In this document: in pieces, positions 53,091 to 63,300 of the stretch
How the letters are laid out: every line of letters begins with the position of its first letter
How positions within the stretch are numbered: position 1 is the stretch's first letter
Assembly (NCBI GenBank): GCA_030426085.1
Contig: JAUHYW010000013.1
Location: forward strand, 3,074-67,073
Direction of reading: 5' to 3'
From: a bacterium
GTDB lineage: Bacteria; Myxococcota_A; Bradymonadia; UBA7976; UBA1532
DNA length: 64,000 nucleotides
Program-made: the position numbers and the translations under genes
Notes under the pieces: model-generated
The model's input: only the letters and a program-made list of their open reading frames with translations
Databases searched by the model: none
What the model was told of the DNA's origin: nothing

Positions 53091-53731
53091 CGGCCCCTCC
53101 CCCGGCGCGGCGGCTCGTCGGGAGAAGCCGGCGTCGGCTCGACCTCCAGCGACAGCACTCTGCGCAGCTTCTCGAGGATGCGCATCTTGCGCATGCGCAC
53201 GGCCGAGGCCCCCTTGCCCAGCGTCCGGGCCACCTCGGTGGCGTTGAGCCCCTCGACGAAGAACAGGCGCACGTAGAGCTGCTCGGTCGACGAGAGGCCG
53301 TGCACCGCGGCCCGGACCCGGGCGGCGTCTTCGGCGAGGGCGGCGAGGGTCTCGGGGTTTTTGCGTCCGGTGTCGGGCAGGCGGGTCAGCACCGCCGGAT
53401 CGGCCCGGCGGTCGCGGGCCCGGCGGGCGAGCGCTCGCTGGAAGTAGCGCAGCGCGACCGTGTACAGCCACGAGCCGAAGGCCGCGTGGCCCTTGTAGGA
53501 CCGCACCCTGCGGCCGCCGTCTCCGAGGAGGAACCCCACGAAATCCTGCACCTGATCATCGGGCTCGACCGGCGCCTCCGGCTTCCATCGGCGGAGGGCG
53601 CGGCCGAGCGCGTGGCGCACGACCGGTCGATACCGGGCCTCGAAGCCGAGCACGGCGTCGGCCTCCCCGTCGGCGAGCCGGCGGGCGAAGTCGAGGTCGT
53701 CGGGCTCGATGCGGCGGTCGATATCGGTCAC
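53087..53731 (-). CDS. ECF-type sigma-70 family RNA polymerase sigma factor
   Basis: 214 aa from GTG 53731, with GGAGGG upstream. Region 2 ...DDQVQDFVGFLL...FGSWLYTVALRYF.... Region 4 ...LYVRLFFVEGLNATEVARTLGKGASAVRMRKMRILEKLR. Confidence 0.75.
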   Translation of the reverse strand: MTDIDRRIEPDDLDFARRLADGEADAVLGFEARYRPVVRHALGRALRRWKPEAPVEPDDQVQDFVGFLLGDGGRRVRSYKGHAAFGSWLYTVALRYFQRALARRARDRRADPAVLTRLPDTGRKNPETLAALAEDAARVRAAVHGLSSTEQLYVRLFFVEGLNATEVARTLGKGASAVRMRKMRILEKLRRVLSLEVEPTPASPDEPPRRGRGR

Positions 53732-53827
53732 GCACCCTCCACCGAGGCGGGAAGCGGCCCGAGTGTCACGCCGGGGCGGCGTTCGGGGCAAACGGGAGGC
53801 GCGGGAGAGAGCGGACGGGGCCCGGGG

Positions 53828-54847
53828 CTACTTGGCCTTCTTGGTCGGGGCCGGCAGCTTCTGGGGGGCCTGAGCGGGCTTGGCCTGCTGGGCGGCGGCC
53901 ATGCCGATCATCATCATGGCGGTCGTCTTGAGCTGATCGACCTGGGGCTGGGTCAGCTCGAGGGTGACCTGCACCTCATCGCCGGCGGCCGCGGCCTTGA
54001 TGCCGTTGACGATCGCCGCGAGCCCCATCGCCCCGGCCATCGGGTTGCCCGCCTGCTCCTTGCGGGCCTGCTCGACCTGCGTGTTGATGCTGGTGACCAT
54101 CTTGCCGGCCGCGCCCTTGGTGGTGCCCATGTCGATGCGGAGCTTGAGCCCCTCGGTCAGATCGAGCCCGCCGCGCACGGTCTGGATGTCCTTCATCTCG
54201 GGGTTCTGGGTGGCCATCTGGGCCTTGACCTCCTCGGGCAGCACCGCGGCGAACCAGATCTGCCCCCCGGCCTTCGACGCCTGCCGGGCGATCCCCATGA
54301 GGCCCTGGCTGCGCGCCAGCCCGCCGGTGCCCTTCGCCTCGAGCGCCTTCTTGAGCAGCCCCTCGTCGCCGATGAGCAGGCGCTTGCCGACCTGGGCGAT
54401 GCCCTGCCCGTCGGCGACGTGGTAGGTCGTGCCGGCGTGCTTCTTCTCGGCCATGCCGGCCTTCTTGCCCGCGTTCGCCTTCTGCTCGGCCTGCAACCCG
54501 GCGAGCACCGTCTTGTAGGGGGCCGACGTGTTGACCACCATCAGCGCCTGCCCGCTCTTCGACTTGACCGGGAACATGATGGTCAGCCGCTCGATGTCCT
54601 TCTCGGGATCGACCCCGAACTGGCTCTTCATCTCGGCGAAGGCCTGGGCCGTCTGGGGGTTCATCTTGGCCTGCTTGAGCAGATCCTCGACGAGCTTGGT
54701 GCCCATCAGGGCCCGGACGTCGACCTGAACCACGATGTCGCCCTGGGCGGGCAGGAGCTTGACGTCGCCGAGATCGGCGGCCTGGGCGGGGGCGGCGAAG
54801 AAGAGAAACAGGGCGGCGAGCGCCACGAGCGGCTTGCGGATCTGCAT
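53828..54847 (-). CDS. Secreted protein of unknown function (Lys/Met/Ala/Gln-rich)
   Basis: 339 aa from ATG 54847 (MQIRKPLVALAALFLFFAAPAQAADLG, a signal peptide). Its composition is visibly less GC-rich and more Lys-rich than the neighbouring genes. No family recognised. Confidence 0.55.
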   Translation of the reverse strand: MQIRKPLVALAALFLFFAAPAQAADLGDVKLLPAQGDIVVQVDVRALMGTKLVEDLLKQAKMNPQTAQAFAEMKSQFGVDPEKDIERLTIMFPVKSKSGQALMVVNTSAPYKTVLAGLQAEQKANAGKKAGMAEKKHAGTTYHVADGQGIAQVGKRLLIGDEGLLKKALEAKGTGGLARSQGLMGIARQASKAGGQIWFAAVLPEEVKAQMATQNPEMKDIQTVRGGLDLTEGLKLRIDMGTTKGAAGKMVTSINTQVEQARKEQAGNPMAGAMGLAAIVNGIKAAAAGDEVQVTLELTQPQVDQLKTTAMMMIGMAAAQQAKPAQAPQKLPAPTKKAK

Positions 54848-55071
54848 GATCTGGGGTCCTTCTCCCGAAACCGGGTCACAGAGGGGCGTCAGCATCGATC
54901 CCGGGTGCCGGCGAAGTCAACTCGCCCGGTCCGGGCGGCGCGACGACGGCGAGGCGGGCGGTCGATTCAACGGGCCGGTATCCCCTGCCCTCCCGAGGCG
55001 TTACGCTGCTTCGGGGGGCCGGTGCGTCACCGCGGGGGCGCGGCGCATCAGACACGAGACGGAGGTGCGCG

Positions 55072-58044
55072 ATGGCATTCGAAGATCGGGTCCGGGCCAT
55101 CGGTGAAGAGCTCTTCACCGGCATGCAGGGCAACACCCCCGGCGTCTTCGACAAGGCGTGGTGGAGCGGGCAGGTCCTCGAGTGGGCCATGAAGGACCCC
55201 GCGTTCAAGACCGAGATGTTCCGCTTCGTCGACGTCTTCCCGGTGCTCGACGGGCCCGAAGAGATCGGCCGCCACATCCAGGAGTACCTGCTGCGGCCGG
55301 GCATCAACCCGCCGACGGTCATCAAGATGGCGCTCAAGGGGGCCAACCTCGGGCGGCTGGCGATGCGGGTCGCGGCGGGCCAGATCGCCAAGAACATGAC
55401 CGGCATGGCGAAGAACTTCATCGCCGGCACCGAGGCCGCCGACGCCTTCGCGGCCCTGGCCGACATGCGCGACCAGCGGCTGGCGTTCACCGTCGACCTG
55501 CTCGGCGAGGCCACCGTCAGTGAGGCCGAGGCCGACGCCTACGCCGCCCGCTATCGCGACCTGATCACCGGGCTCGCCGCGCGCACCCGCGACTGGAAGC
55601 CCGACCCGCTGCTCGACCGGGACGACGCCGGGCCCATCCCCCGGGTCAACGTCTCGATCAAAGCCAGCGCGATGTACAGCCAGTTCGACCCGCTGGACTT
55701 CGAAGGCAGCGTCGAGGCCGCCGCCCGCCGGCTGCTCCCGCTGTTCGAACTGGCCCGCGCGAAGGGCGTCTTCCTCAACCTCGACATGGAGCAGCACGCG
55801 CTCAAGGACCTCACCCTCGCCCTGTTCGAGCGGGTCGTCGAGGCCCAGCCCGACCGCTGGAGCGACGCGGGGGTGGTCATCCAGGCCTACCACCGCCAGG
55901 CCGAGGCCGACCTGACCCGGATCATCAAGTGGGCGAAGAAGCAGAAGCGGCGGATCACCGTGCGGCTGGTCAAGGGCGCCTACTGGGACTACGAGACGGT
56001 GCGCGCCGCCCAGGAGGGCTGGCCCTCGCCGGTGTGGCTCGACAAGGCCGACAGCGACGCCTGCTTCGAGCGCTGCGCCGCGCTGATGCTCGGCAACCAC
56101 AAGCACATCCGCTCGGCGATCGGCAGCCACAACGTGCGCAGCCTCGCCTTCGCCATCGCCACCGCCGAGAAGCAGCGGGTGCCGATCGAGGGCTACGAGA
56201 TCCAGTGCCTCTACGGCATGGCCGAGCCGATCAAGGCCGCCTGCGTCGCGCGGGGCCACCGGGTGCGGGTCTACGCCCCCATCGGCGAGCTGATCCCGGG
56301 CATGGCCTACCTCGTGCGGCGGCTGCTCGAGAACACCAGCAACGAGAGCTGGCTGCGGCAGGGCTTCGCCGAGGGGCGCTCGCAGGACGAGCTGCTCGCC
56401 GCGCCCGAGGCCCGGGGCCGCGACCCCATGCTGCGGGCCGTGCCGCCGGCCGAGACCCCCGCCGACGACCCGCCGCCCTTCGTCAACGAGCCGCTGCGGG
56501 ACTTCGTCGACCCCGACATCCGGGCCGCCTTCGCCAAGGCCGTCGCGCGCAGCGACAAGCAGCTCGGCAGGACGCTGACCCCGATCATCGACGGCAAGGC
56601 GATCCAGACCGGCAAGACGCTCGACAGCCTCGACCCCAGCGACGGGCGGCCCATCGGGGCCGTGCACCTCGCCCGGGTCGCCGAGGCCGACCGGGCGGTG
56701 GCCGCGGCGAAGGCGTACTGGCCCACCTGGCGCGACACCCCGGCCCGGGCGCGGGCCCGGTGCCTCTTCCGGCTGGCGGCGAAGATGCGGGCCGAGCGGG
56801 ACGCCCTCTCGGCGCTGATGGTCCGGGAGGTGGGCAAGCCCTGGGGGCAGGCCGACGCCGACGTCGTCGAGGCGATCGACTTCTGCGAGTACTACGGCCG
56901 GGAGATGCTGCGCCTCGCGCCCCCCCGGCTCATGCAGCGCCTGCCCGGCGAGACCAACCACCTGAGCTACCGCGGCCGGGGCGTCTGCGTCGCGATCACC
57001 CCGTGGAACTTCCCCCTGGCCATCTTCACCGGCCTCGTCGCCGCCCCGCTCGTCGCCGGCAACTGCGTGATCGCCAAGCCCGCCGAGCAGTCGATGCTCA
57101 TCGCCGCCCGCATGGTCGAGCTGGCCTACGCCGCCGGGGTGCCGTCGGGCGCGCTGCAGTTCGTGCCGGGCATCGGCGAGGACGTCGGGGCCCACCTCGT
57201 CGCCCACCGGGACGTCTCGACCATCGCGTTCACCGGCAGCAAGGCGGTCGGGCTCGCCATCTGGAAGGCGGCCGGCCAGACCGAACCCGGGCAGGCCCGG
57301 CTCAAGCGGGTCGTGTGCGAGATGGGGGGCAAGAACGCGATCATCATCGACAGCGACGCCGACCTCGACGAGGCGGTGCACGGGGTGGTCTACAGCGCGT
57401 TCGGCTTCGCCGGGCAGAAGTGCAGCGCCGCCAGCCGGGTCATCGTGCTCGCAGAGCAGTACGACGCCTTCGTCGAGCGGCTGGCCGAGGCCACCCGCAG
57501 CATCGTGCTCGGCCCGGCCCGCGACCCGGCCAGCGCCCTGGGGCCGGTGATCGACGCCGAGAGCAAGCGGCGGCTGATGGGGGCCATCGAGGCCGCCCGC
57601 CAGCGGGGCAACCGGCTGCTCGTCGGCGGCGAGCCGGTCGACCGCCCGGGCTTCTTCGTGCCGCCGACCGTCTTCGTCGACGTCGACCCGAGCGACCCGC
57701 TCGCCCGGGAGGAGCTCTTCGGCCCGGTGCTGGCCATCATCCGGGCCGCCGACTTCGAGCGGGCCGTCGAGATCTTCAACGGCACCGACTACGCCCTCAC
57801 CGGGGGCCTCTTCAGCCGCTCCCCGGCGCGCATCGAGCGGGCTTGTGAAGCCCTCGACGCGGGCAACCTGTACATCAACCGGAGCATCACCGGGGCCGTC
57901 GTCGGCCGCCAGCCCTTCGGCGGCTCACGCATGAGCGGCGGCGGCACCAAGGCCGGCGGGCCGGACTACCTGATCAACTTCCTCGACCCCCGCACGGTCA
58001 CCGAGAACACCCTGCGTCGGGGCTTTGCGCCCGAGGACGGGTGA
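55072..58044 (+). CDS. putA: Bifunctional proline dehydrogenase / L-glutamate-gamma-semialdehyde (P5C) dehydrogenase
   Basis: 990 aa. The N-terminal PRODH barrel includes ...LAFTVDLLGEAT..., ...VNVSIKASAMYS..., ...VRLVKGAYWDYE... and ...YAPIGELIPGMAYLVRRLLENTSNES.... The C-terminal ALDH includes ...ITPWNFPLAI..., ...CEMGGKNAIIID... and ...FGFAGQKCSAASR.... Confidence 0.9.
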   Translation: MAFEDRVRAIGEELFTGMQGNTPGVFDKAWWSGQVLEWAMKDPAFKTEMFRFVDVFPVLDGPEEIGRHIQEYLLRPGINPPTVIKMALKGANLGRLAMRVAAGQIAKNMTGMAKNFIAGTEAADAFAALADMRDQRLAFTVDLLGEATVSEAEADAYAARYRDLITGLAARTRDWKPDPLLDRDDAGPIPRVNVSIKASAMYSQFDPLDFEGSVEAAARRLLPLFELARAKGVFLNLDMEQHALKDLTLALFERVVEAQPDRWSDAGVVIQAYHRQAEADLTRIIKWAKKQKRRITVRLVKGAYWDYETVRAAQEGWPSPVWLDKADSDACFERCAALMLGNHKHIRSAIGSHNVRSLAFAIATAEKQRVPIEGYEIQCLYGMAEPIKAACVARGHRVRVYAPIGELIPGMAYLVRRLLENTSNESWLRQGFAEGRSQDELLAAPEARGRDPMLRAVPPAETPADDPPPFVNEPLRDFVDPDIRAAFAKAVARSDKQLGRTLTPIIDGKAIQTGKTLDSLDPSDGRPIGAVHLARVAEADRAVAAAKAYWPTWRDTPARARARCLFRLAAKMRAERDALSALMVREVGKPWGQADADVVEAIDFCEYYGREMLRLAPPRLMQRLPGETNHLSYRGRGVCVAITPWNFPLAIFTGLVAAPLVAGNCVIAKPAEQSMLIAARMVELAYAAGVPSGALQFVPGIGEDVGAHLVAHRDVSTIAFTGSKAVGLAIWKAAGQTEPGQARLKRVVCEMGGKNAIIIDSDADLDEAVHGVVYSAFGFAGQKCSAASRVIVLAEQYDAFVERLAEATRSIVLGPARDPASALGPVIDAESKRRLMGAIEAARQRGNRLLVGGEPVDRPGFFVPPTVFVDVDPSDPLAREELFGPVLAIIRAADFERAVEIFNGTDYALTGGLFSRSPARIERACEALDAGNLYINRSITGAVVGRQPFGGSRMSGGGTKAGGPDYLINFLDPRTVTENTLRRGFAPEDG

Positions 58045-58051
58045 CGGCGCC

Positions 58052-58477
58052 ATGAAGCTGCTGACCTTCCAGGCCCGCCACTTCGCCTGGACCCCCCACA
58101 CCCCGGGGCTGCCCGAGACCCACGCCGCGCTCGTCGAGACCGACCCGCAGCCCGGCGCGCTGACCGAGTGCGTCGTCGCCTGGCTGCACGTCGAAGCCAG
58201 CGACGCCGCCGACGAGGCGCGGGCGTTCAAGAAGACGCTCAAGCACATCAAGTGGGTGGCCAACAAGCGCGGCCTGCGCGCCATCGCGCTGCACGTCTTC
58301 GCCCACCTCGGCGGCGACAACGCCGAGCCCGCCTTCGCCCGGGCCTTCGTCGAGCGCCTCGCCGAGCGCCTGCGGGGCACCGGCTACAGCGTCGAGGCGA
58401 CGCCCTTCGGCTGGTTCTGCGGGTGGCAGCTCGACGTCTACGGCGAGAGCATGGCCAAGGTCTTCCGGGGCTTCTGA
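58052..58477 (+). CDS. Free-standing homologue of the archaeal-type threonyl-tRNA synthetase editing domain (DTD-like fold)
   Basis: 141 aa. ATG 58052 lies 7 nt after the putA stop. MKLLTFQARHFAWTP..., ECVVAWLHVEASDA..., IALHVFAHLGGDNAEP... and ATPFGWFCGWQLDVYGESMAKVFRGF align block for block with my memory of the Pyrococcus ThrRS N-terminal editing domain (MRVLLIHSDYIEYEV..., VLVAFISVEKVDE..., VFVYPFAHLSSELAKP..., [25 protein letters not shown]). Confidence 0.6.
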   Translation: MKLLTFQARHFAWTPHTPGLPETHAALVETDPQPGALTECVVAWLHVEASDAADEARAFKKTLKHIKWVANKRGLRAIALHVFAHLGGDNAEPAFARAFVERLAERLRGTGYSVEATPFGWFCGWQLDVYGESMAKVFRGF

Positions 58478-58586
58478 TGACCGGGCGGTGGGGAGGGCCG
58501 ACCCCGCCGGGCGCCGCCGAAGCGACGCCCAGGGAGGTGGCGGGGCCGGCGAAGGGGGCCGGCGTCGGGCAGGGGCGGTCGGGCGC

Positions 58587-59300
58587 TCAGCCGCGCTCGC
58601 GGGGCTCGTCGACCCCGTCACCGTCCACGTCGCCCGACTCGGAGAAAGCGGGCAGCGGGGTGAACTCGCCGCCCTCGGACTGGAAGTACAGGGCCGGCTC
58701 GTCGACCCCGTCACCGTCCACGTCGCCCCGCTCCTCGAAGACCAGCAGGCCGCCCTGGGGGTCCTCGCCGTAGATGGTGATGTACGTGGTGCCATCGGCC
58801 CCGGCCGACGCCGCGCCGCCGGCGGTCTCGATGGAGACCTTGCGGTCGTCGTACCACGGGCGCTGCACCGACGCCGCGCCCTCGCCGATCGAGGTGACCA
58901 GGACGCGATCGGGCGCGACGCCGTGCTCGACGAGCACGTCCTTGATGGCCTGCGCCCGGTCGAGGCCCAGCTCGAGGTTGTAGTCCTCGCTGCCCCGGGG
59001 GTCGGCCTGACCCATGAGGCGCACCACCACCGACTTCATCGGGCCTTCGAGGCAGGTGGCGAAGCCGAGCAGCATCGCCCGGGTGTCATCGTCGACCTTC
59101 GCCGAGTCGAACTCGAAGCGGGGGTCGGGCATCTCGAAGTCGCGACACGCCTCGCGCAGCGGGTCGTCGAGGCTGACCGAGACATAGGTGGACTGCGTCG
59201 GGGTGCGGTCGTCGACGACCTGCGGCGCGTGGGCGGTGCAGGCGACGGCCATCAGGCTCGAGGCGCCGAGGACGCACAGATTGCGGATGGGGTGACCCAT
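58587..59300 (-). CDS. OmpA/Pal-family lipoprotein with two C-terminal GDVDGDGVDEP (Ca-binding-like) repeats
   Basis: 237 aa from ATG 59300 (MGHPIRNLCVLGASSLMAVACTA, with a lipobox). OmpA_C core ...FEFDSAKVDDDTRAMLLGFATCL...VRLMGQADPRGSEDYNLELGLDRAQAIKDVLVEHGVAPDRV.... A 33-bp DNA repeat at 58603-58635 and 58696-58728 encodes the two GDVDGDGVDEP units. Confidence 0.75.
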   Translation of the reverse strand: MGHPIRNLCVLGASSLMAVACTAHAPQVVDDRTPTQSTYVSVSLDDPLREACRDFEMPDPRFEFDSAKVDDDTRAMLLGFATCLEGPMKSVVVRLMGQADPRGSEDYNLELGLDRAQAIKDVLVEHGVAPDRVLVTSIGEGAASVQRPWYDDRKVSIETAGGAASAGADGTTYITIYGEDPQGGLLVFEERGDVDGDGVDEPALYFQSEGGEFTPLPAFSESGDVDGDGVDEPRERG

Positions 59301-59407
59301 GGTGGCTCTCCTGTGAATGGGATGGGTGACGAACTGTGAGCTGATTCGGTGTGATTCGAAAGAGATCGACCCCCGCAGGCGCGCGCCTGCGGGGGTCGCG
59401 GTGCGGA

Positions 59408-60094
59408 TCACCACATGACCGTGTAGCCGACGTTGGCGCCCCAGGCGATGTCCACCGCCACGACGGTGCCCTGGTTGGTGCTGAACGCCTCCGAGGTCGA
59501 GTACTCGACGTTGAAGTACGGCGAGAGGATGCCCGACCGGCCGACGAGGAAGTTCATGCCGAGGCGGGGCGCGATCAGCAGGCCGGCCTCCATGTCACCG
59601 TTCGCGGGGTTCTCGGCGGCGCTGGCGCCCACGCCGACGCCCATGAAGGCGAACGTGGTGTCATTGAACGGCAAGTGGTAGCTCGGCTCGACCACCGCGG
59701 TGAGCGCGAGGCTGTCGACCCCGCCGAGCTCGAGGTAGCGCAGGCTCGGCAGGAACGAGAGCTGGAGGTTGTCGGCAAAGAACCAGCCGATGCTGGGGGT
59801 CGCCCGGAACTGGGTGTAGTCCTCGGCGCCCGAGTAGCCGATGGCGCCGCCGAGCTCGAGCACGCCGGCCCGGCCGTAGGCCTGGGTCCCGCCGACGCCC
59901 GCCTGTTGGGTGACCCCGGCCCGGGGGCCGTCGGGGCGCGCGGCGGGCGGCGCGGGGTCGTTGTCATCCTGGGGCGGCGGCAGCTCGCCGCCGGGGTTCT
60001 CGACCGGCTCGGACTCGATCTGGGCCGAAGCCACGGCCGGCAGAGCCATCGCGAAGCAGGCGACGAGCAGCGTCGTGAGGTTGAGGGACTTCAT
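59408..60094 (-). CDS. Small outer-membrane beta-barrel protein
   Basis: 228 aa from ATG 60094, with GGAGG upstream. Signal peptide MKSLNLTTLLVACFAMALPAVASAQ. Alternating beta-strand pattern. C-terminal ...GANVGYTVMW ends in an aromatic residue. Confidence 0.6.
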   Translation of the reverse strand: MKSLNLTTLLVACFAMALPAVASAQIESEPVENPGGELPPPQDDNDPAPPAARPDGPRAGVTQQAGVGGTQAYGRAGVLELGGAIGYSGAEDYTQFRATPSIGWFFADNLQLSFLPSLRYLELGGVDSLALTAVVEPSYHLPFNDTTFAFMGVGVGASAAENPANGDMEAGLLIAPRLGMNFLVGRSGILSPYFNVEYSTSEAFSTNQGTVVAVDIAWGANVGYTVMW

Positions 60095-60301
60095 GTGAAC
60101 CTCCATCGGATCGGTGGGGAGTGATTGATTCAGTGCGTTCGGGGCCTCCCCGCCCCATGCGCCGACCCTGTTTTTCAACTGTCGTACCAAGCCCCGGATC
60201 GCGGGTGGGACGCGGTCGGCTGCCGTGAGCATTGATAGGGATGGTCCCAGATCGGGACAGCCTTCGACGGGCGTGGCCGCCCGGCGGGGCAGAAAAGGGC
60301 G

Positions 60302-63300
60302 TCAGCCCCGGCCGGCGTGCCCGTAGCCGGTCGCGCCGGCCCAGCGCTGGGCCCGGACGGCCAGCTTCGCGCCCTTGACGTCCAACGCGGTGAAGCGGCG
60401 GCCCTTGACGTTGAAGACGCCCTGCTCGCACGAGACCGGCCCCTCGACCTCGATGAACGGGGCCCGGGTCAGCGTCGGCCGGCTGCGCTCGAACACCTTG
60501 GGCGGCACGATCACGTTCACGAAGCCGGTCTCGTCCTCGAGGGTCAGGAAGAAGAAGCCCTTGGCGGTGGGCGGCCGCTGGCGGGTGTTGACGATGCCGG
60601 CGACCTTCACCCACTGGTGATGCCGGGCCTGCCGCAGCCCCTCGGCGGTGATCACGCCGCGCGCGTCGAGCGCGTCGCGCACGTGCGCGACGAGGTGAGG
60701 GCCGGTGGTCAGGGCCATCGTGCGCAGATCGGCGATGGTCTCCTCGCGGGGGGTGAGCGACACGAAGCGCACCGGCGGGTCGGGCGGCGCGCGCAGGGGC
60801 AGCGGGCCGACCACCGAGCGGGCGAGGTGCAGCGCCTTCCACACCGCGTCCCGCCGGCCGCCGGGCACGAAGGCGTCGAACGCGCCGGCCTCGGCGAGGA
60901 TGCGCAGCGCGCCGTCGCTCAGCTCGACCCGGTGCACGACGTCCTCCGCCGAGCGGAACGGCCCGTCGGCCCGGGCCGCCTCGACCCGATCGCGGGTGCG
61001 GGGGCCGAGCCCCACGATCGAGCGCAGCCCCAGCCGCACGCAGTGCCCGTCCATGCGGGCGTCCCACGCGCTGTGCGCGAGGCACGGCGGCCGGACCCCC
61101 ACCCCGTGGCGCTGGGCGTCCTTGATCAGCGTCGCCGGCGCGTAGAACCCCATCGGCTGGGCGTTGAGCATCGCCACCAGGAACTCGGCCGGGTAGAAGC
61201 ACTTCAACCAGCACGAGGCATAGACCAGCAGCGCGAACGAGGTGCTGTGGCTCTCGGGGAAGCCGTAGGTGCTGAACGCCTCGATCTGCTTGATGATGCG
61301 CTCGCCGGCCTCGGGGTCGATGCCCTTGTCGGCCATGCCCGCCCGCAGCTTGTCCATCAGCGGGGCGAGCTTGTGCCGGTGCCGCTCGCTGCCCACCGCC
61401 TTGCGCAGCCGCTCGGCCTCGTCGAGCGAGAAGCCGCCGGCCACCACCGCCAGCCGCATGCCCTGCTCCTGGAACAGCGGCACCCCCAGCGTGCGGCGCA
61501 ATATGTTCGTCAGCGAGGGGTGGATGAGGTCGATCGGCTCCTCGCCCCGCTTGCGGCGGATGTAGGGGTGCACCATGTCGCCCTGCAGCGGCCCGGGGCG
61601 GATGAGCGCCACCTGGATCGCCAGCTCGTAGAGCGTGCGCGGGCGGGTGCGGGGCAGGGTGTTCATCTGTGCCCGGCTCTCGATCTGGAACGTGCCCACG
61701 GTGTCGGCCCGGGCGATCATGTCGTAGACCTCCTGCCGGTCGGGCAGGCTGTAGAGCGTCGCCGGCACCCCGTGGCGCTCACGCACCAGCCCCAGGCCCT
61801 CGGCGAGCACGCTGAGGATGCCGAGCCCGAGCAGGTCGAACTTGGGCAGCCCGGCGCCGTCGAGGTCGTCCTTGTCCCACTGGATGACCGTGCGCCCGGC
61901 CATCGCCGCCGGCTCGACGGGGCAGATCTCGGCGATGGGCGTCGTCGACAGCACGAACCCCCCGACGTGGATCGAGCGGTGCCGGGGCAGCCCCCACAGG
62001 CCGCGGACCACCTTCAACAGCGCCTTCATGCGCGGCCGATCGGGGTCGAAGCCCGCCCGGCGCACGCTGTCGGCGTCGAAGCCGGTGTCCCGCCGGGCCT
62101 GCTCGGCGAGCCGGCCGCCCTCGTCGAAGCCGAAGCCGAGCACCCGGGCGGTGTCCCGGACCGCGCTCTTGCCCCGGAAGCAGTTGTGGGCGCAGACCAT
62201 CGCCGCGTGGGTCCGGCCGTAGCGCCGGTAGACGAACTGGATGATCTCTTCCCGGCGGCTGTGCTCGATGTCGAGGTCGATGTCGGGGTAGCCATCCCGG
62301 GCGTCGCTGAGGAAGCGCTCGAACAAGAGATCGAAGCGGATGGGATCGACCGCGGTGATGCCCAGGCAATAACACACCGCCGAGTTGGCCGCCGACCCCC
62401 GCCCCTGCACCAGGATCTCGACCTCGCGGGCGTACTGCACGATCTCCCACATGATGAGGAAGTAGCCCGACAGCCCCTTGCGGCGGATGAGATCCAACTC
62501 TTTGTCGAGCTGCTTGCGATGCCACTCGGTGATGCCTCGCCCCCAGCGGGCGCGGGCGCCCTCCCATGTCAGGTGGCTCAGGAAGGCGTCGGCGTCTTCG
62601 AAGCCATCGGGCAAAGGCACCGAGGGCAGCGCCGGCTCGAGCTGCGCGAAGCGGAAGGTGCACTGCTCGGCGATCTCGACCGACGCCCGCAGGCCCTCCG
62701 GGGCGTGGCGCCAGCGCTCGGCCATGACATGGGGCGCCTTGAGGTGCCACTCGGCGTTGGGCTTGAGCCGCCGCCCGGCCTCGTCGAGGGTGGTGTGATG
62801 GCGCAGGCAGGTGAGCACATCGTGCAGGATGCGATCGCCGGGGGTGGCATAGTGCACGTTGTTGGTCACCACCCACGGTACATCCATCTCCCGGGCGAGG
62901 TGGATCAGGCCGCCCGCCAGCCGGGCCTCTTCGGGCAGGCCGTGATCCATGACCTCGACGGCGAAGTGAGCCCCGAACATGTCCCGCAGGTGGCCCGCCG
63001 CCCGCCGGGCCCCGAGCGCGTCGCCGGCGGCCAGCGCCCGGGGCACGAGCCCCCGGGGCCCGCCGGAGAGGCAATACAAGCCGTCGGTGTGGGCCGCGAG
63101 GGCGTCGAGCGACACCCGCGGCCGCCCCCGCGGCTCGAGGCCCCGCGACCGGGTGACGAGCCGGCCGAGGTTGGCGTAGCCCGCGCCGTCCCGGGCGAGC
63201 AGCGTGAGGGGGTGCATGTCACCGCCGGTGGGATCGGCCTCGTCGCCCACGGTCAGCTCGACCCCGATGATGGCCGGGAAGTCATCGAGCTCGCGGGCCT

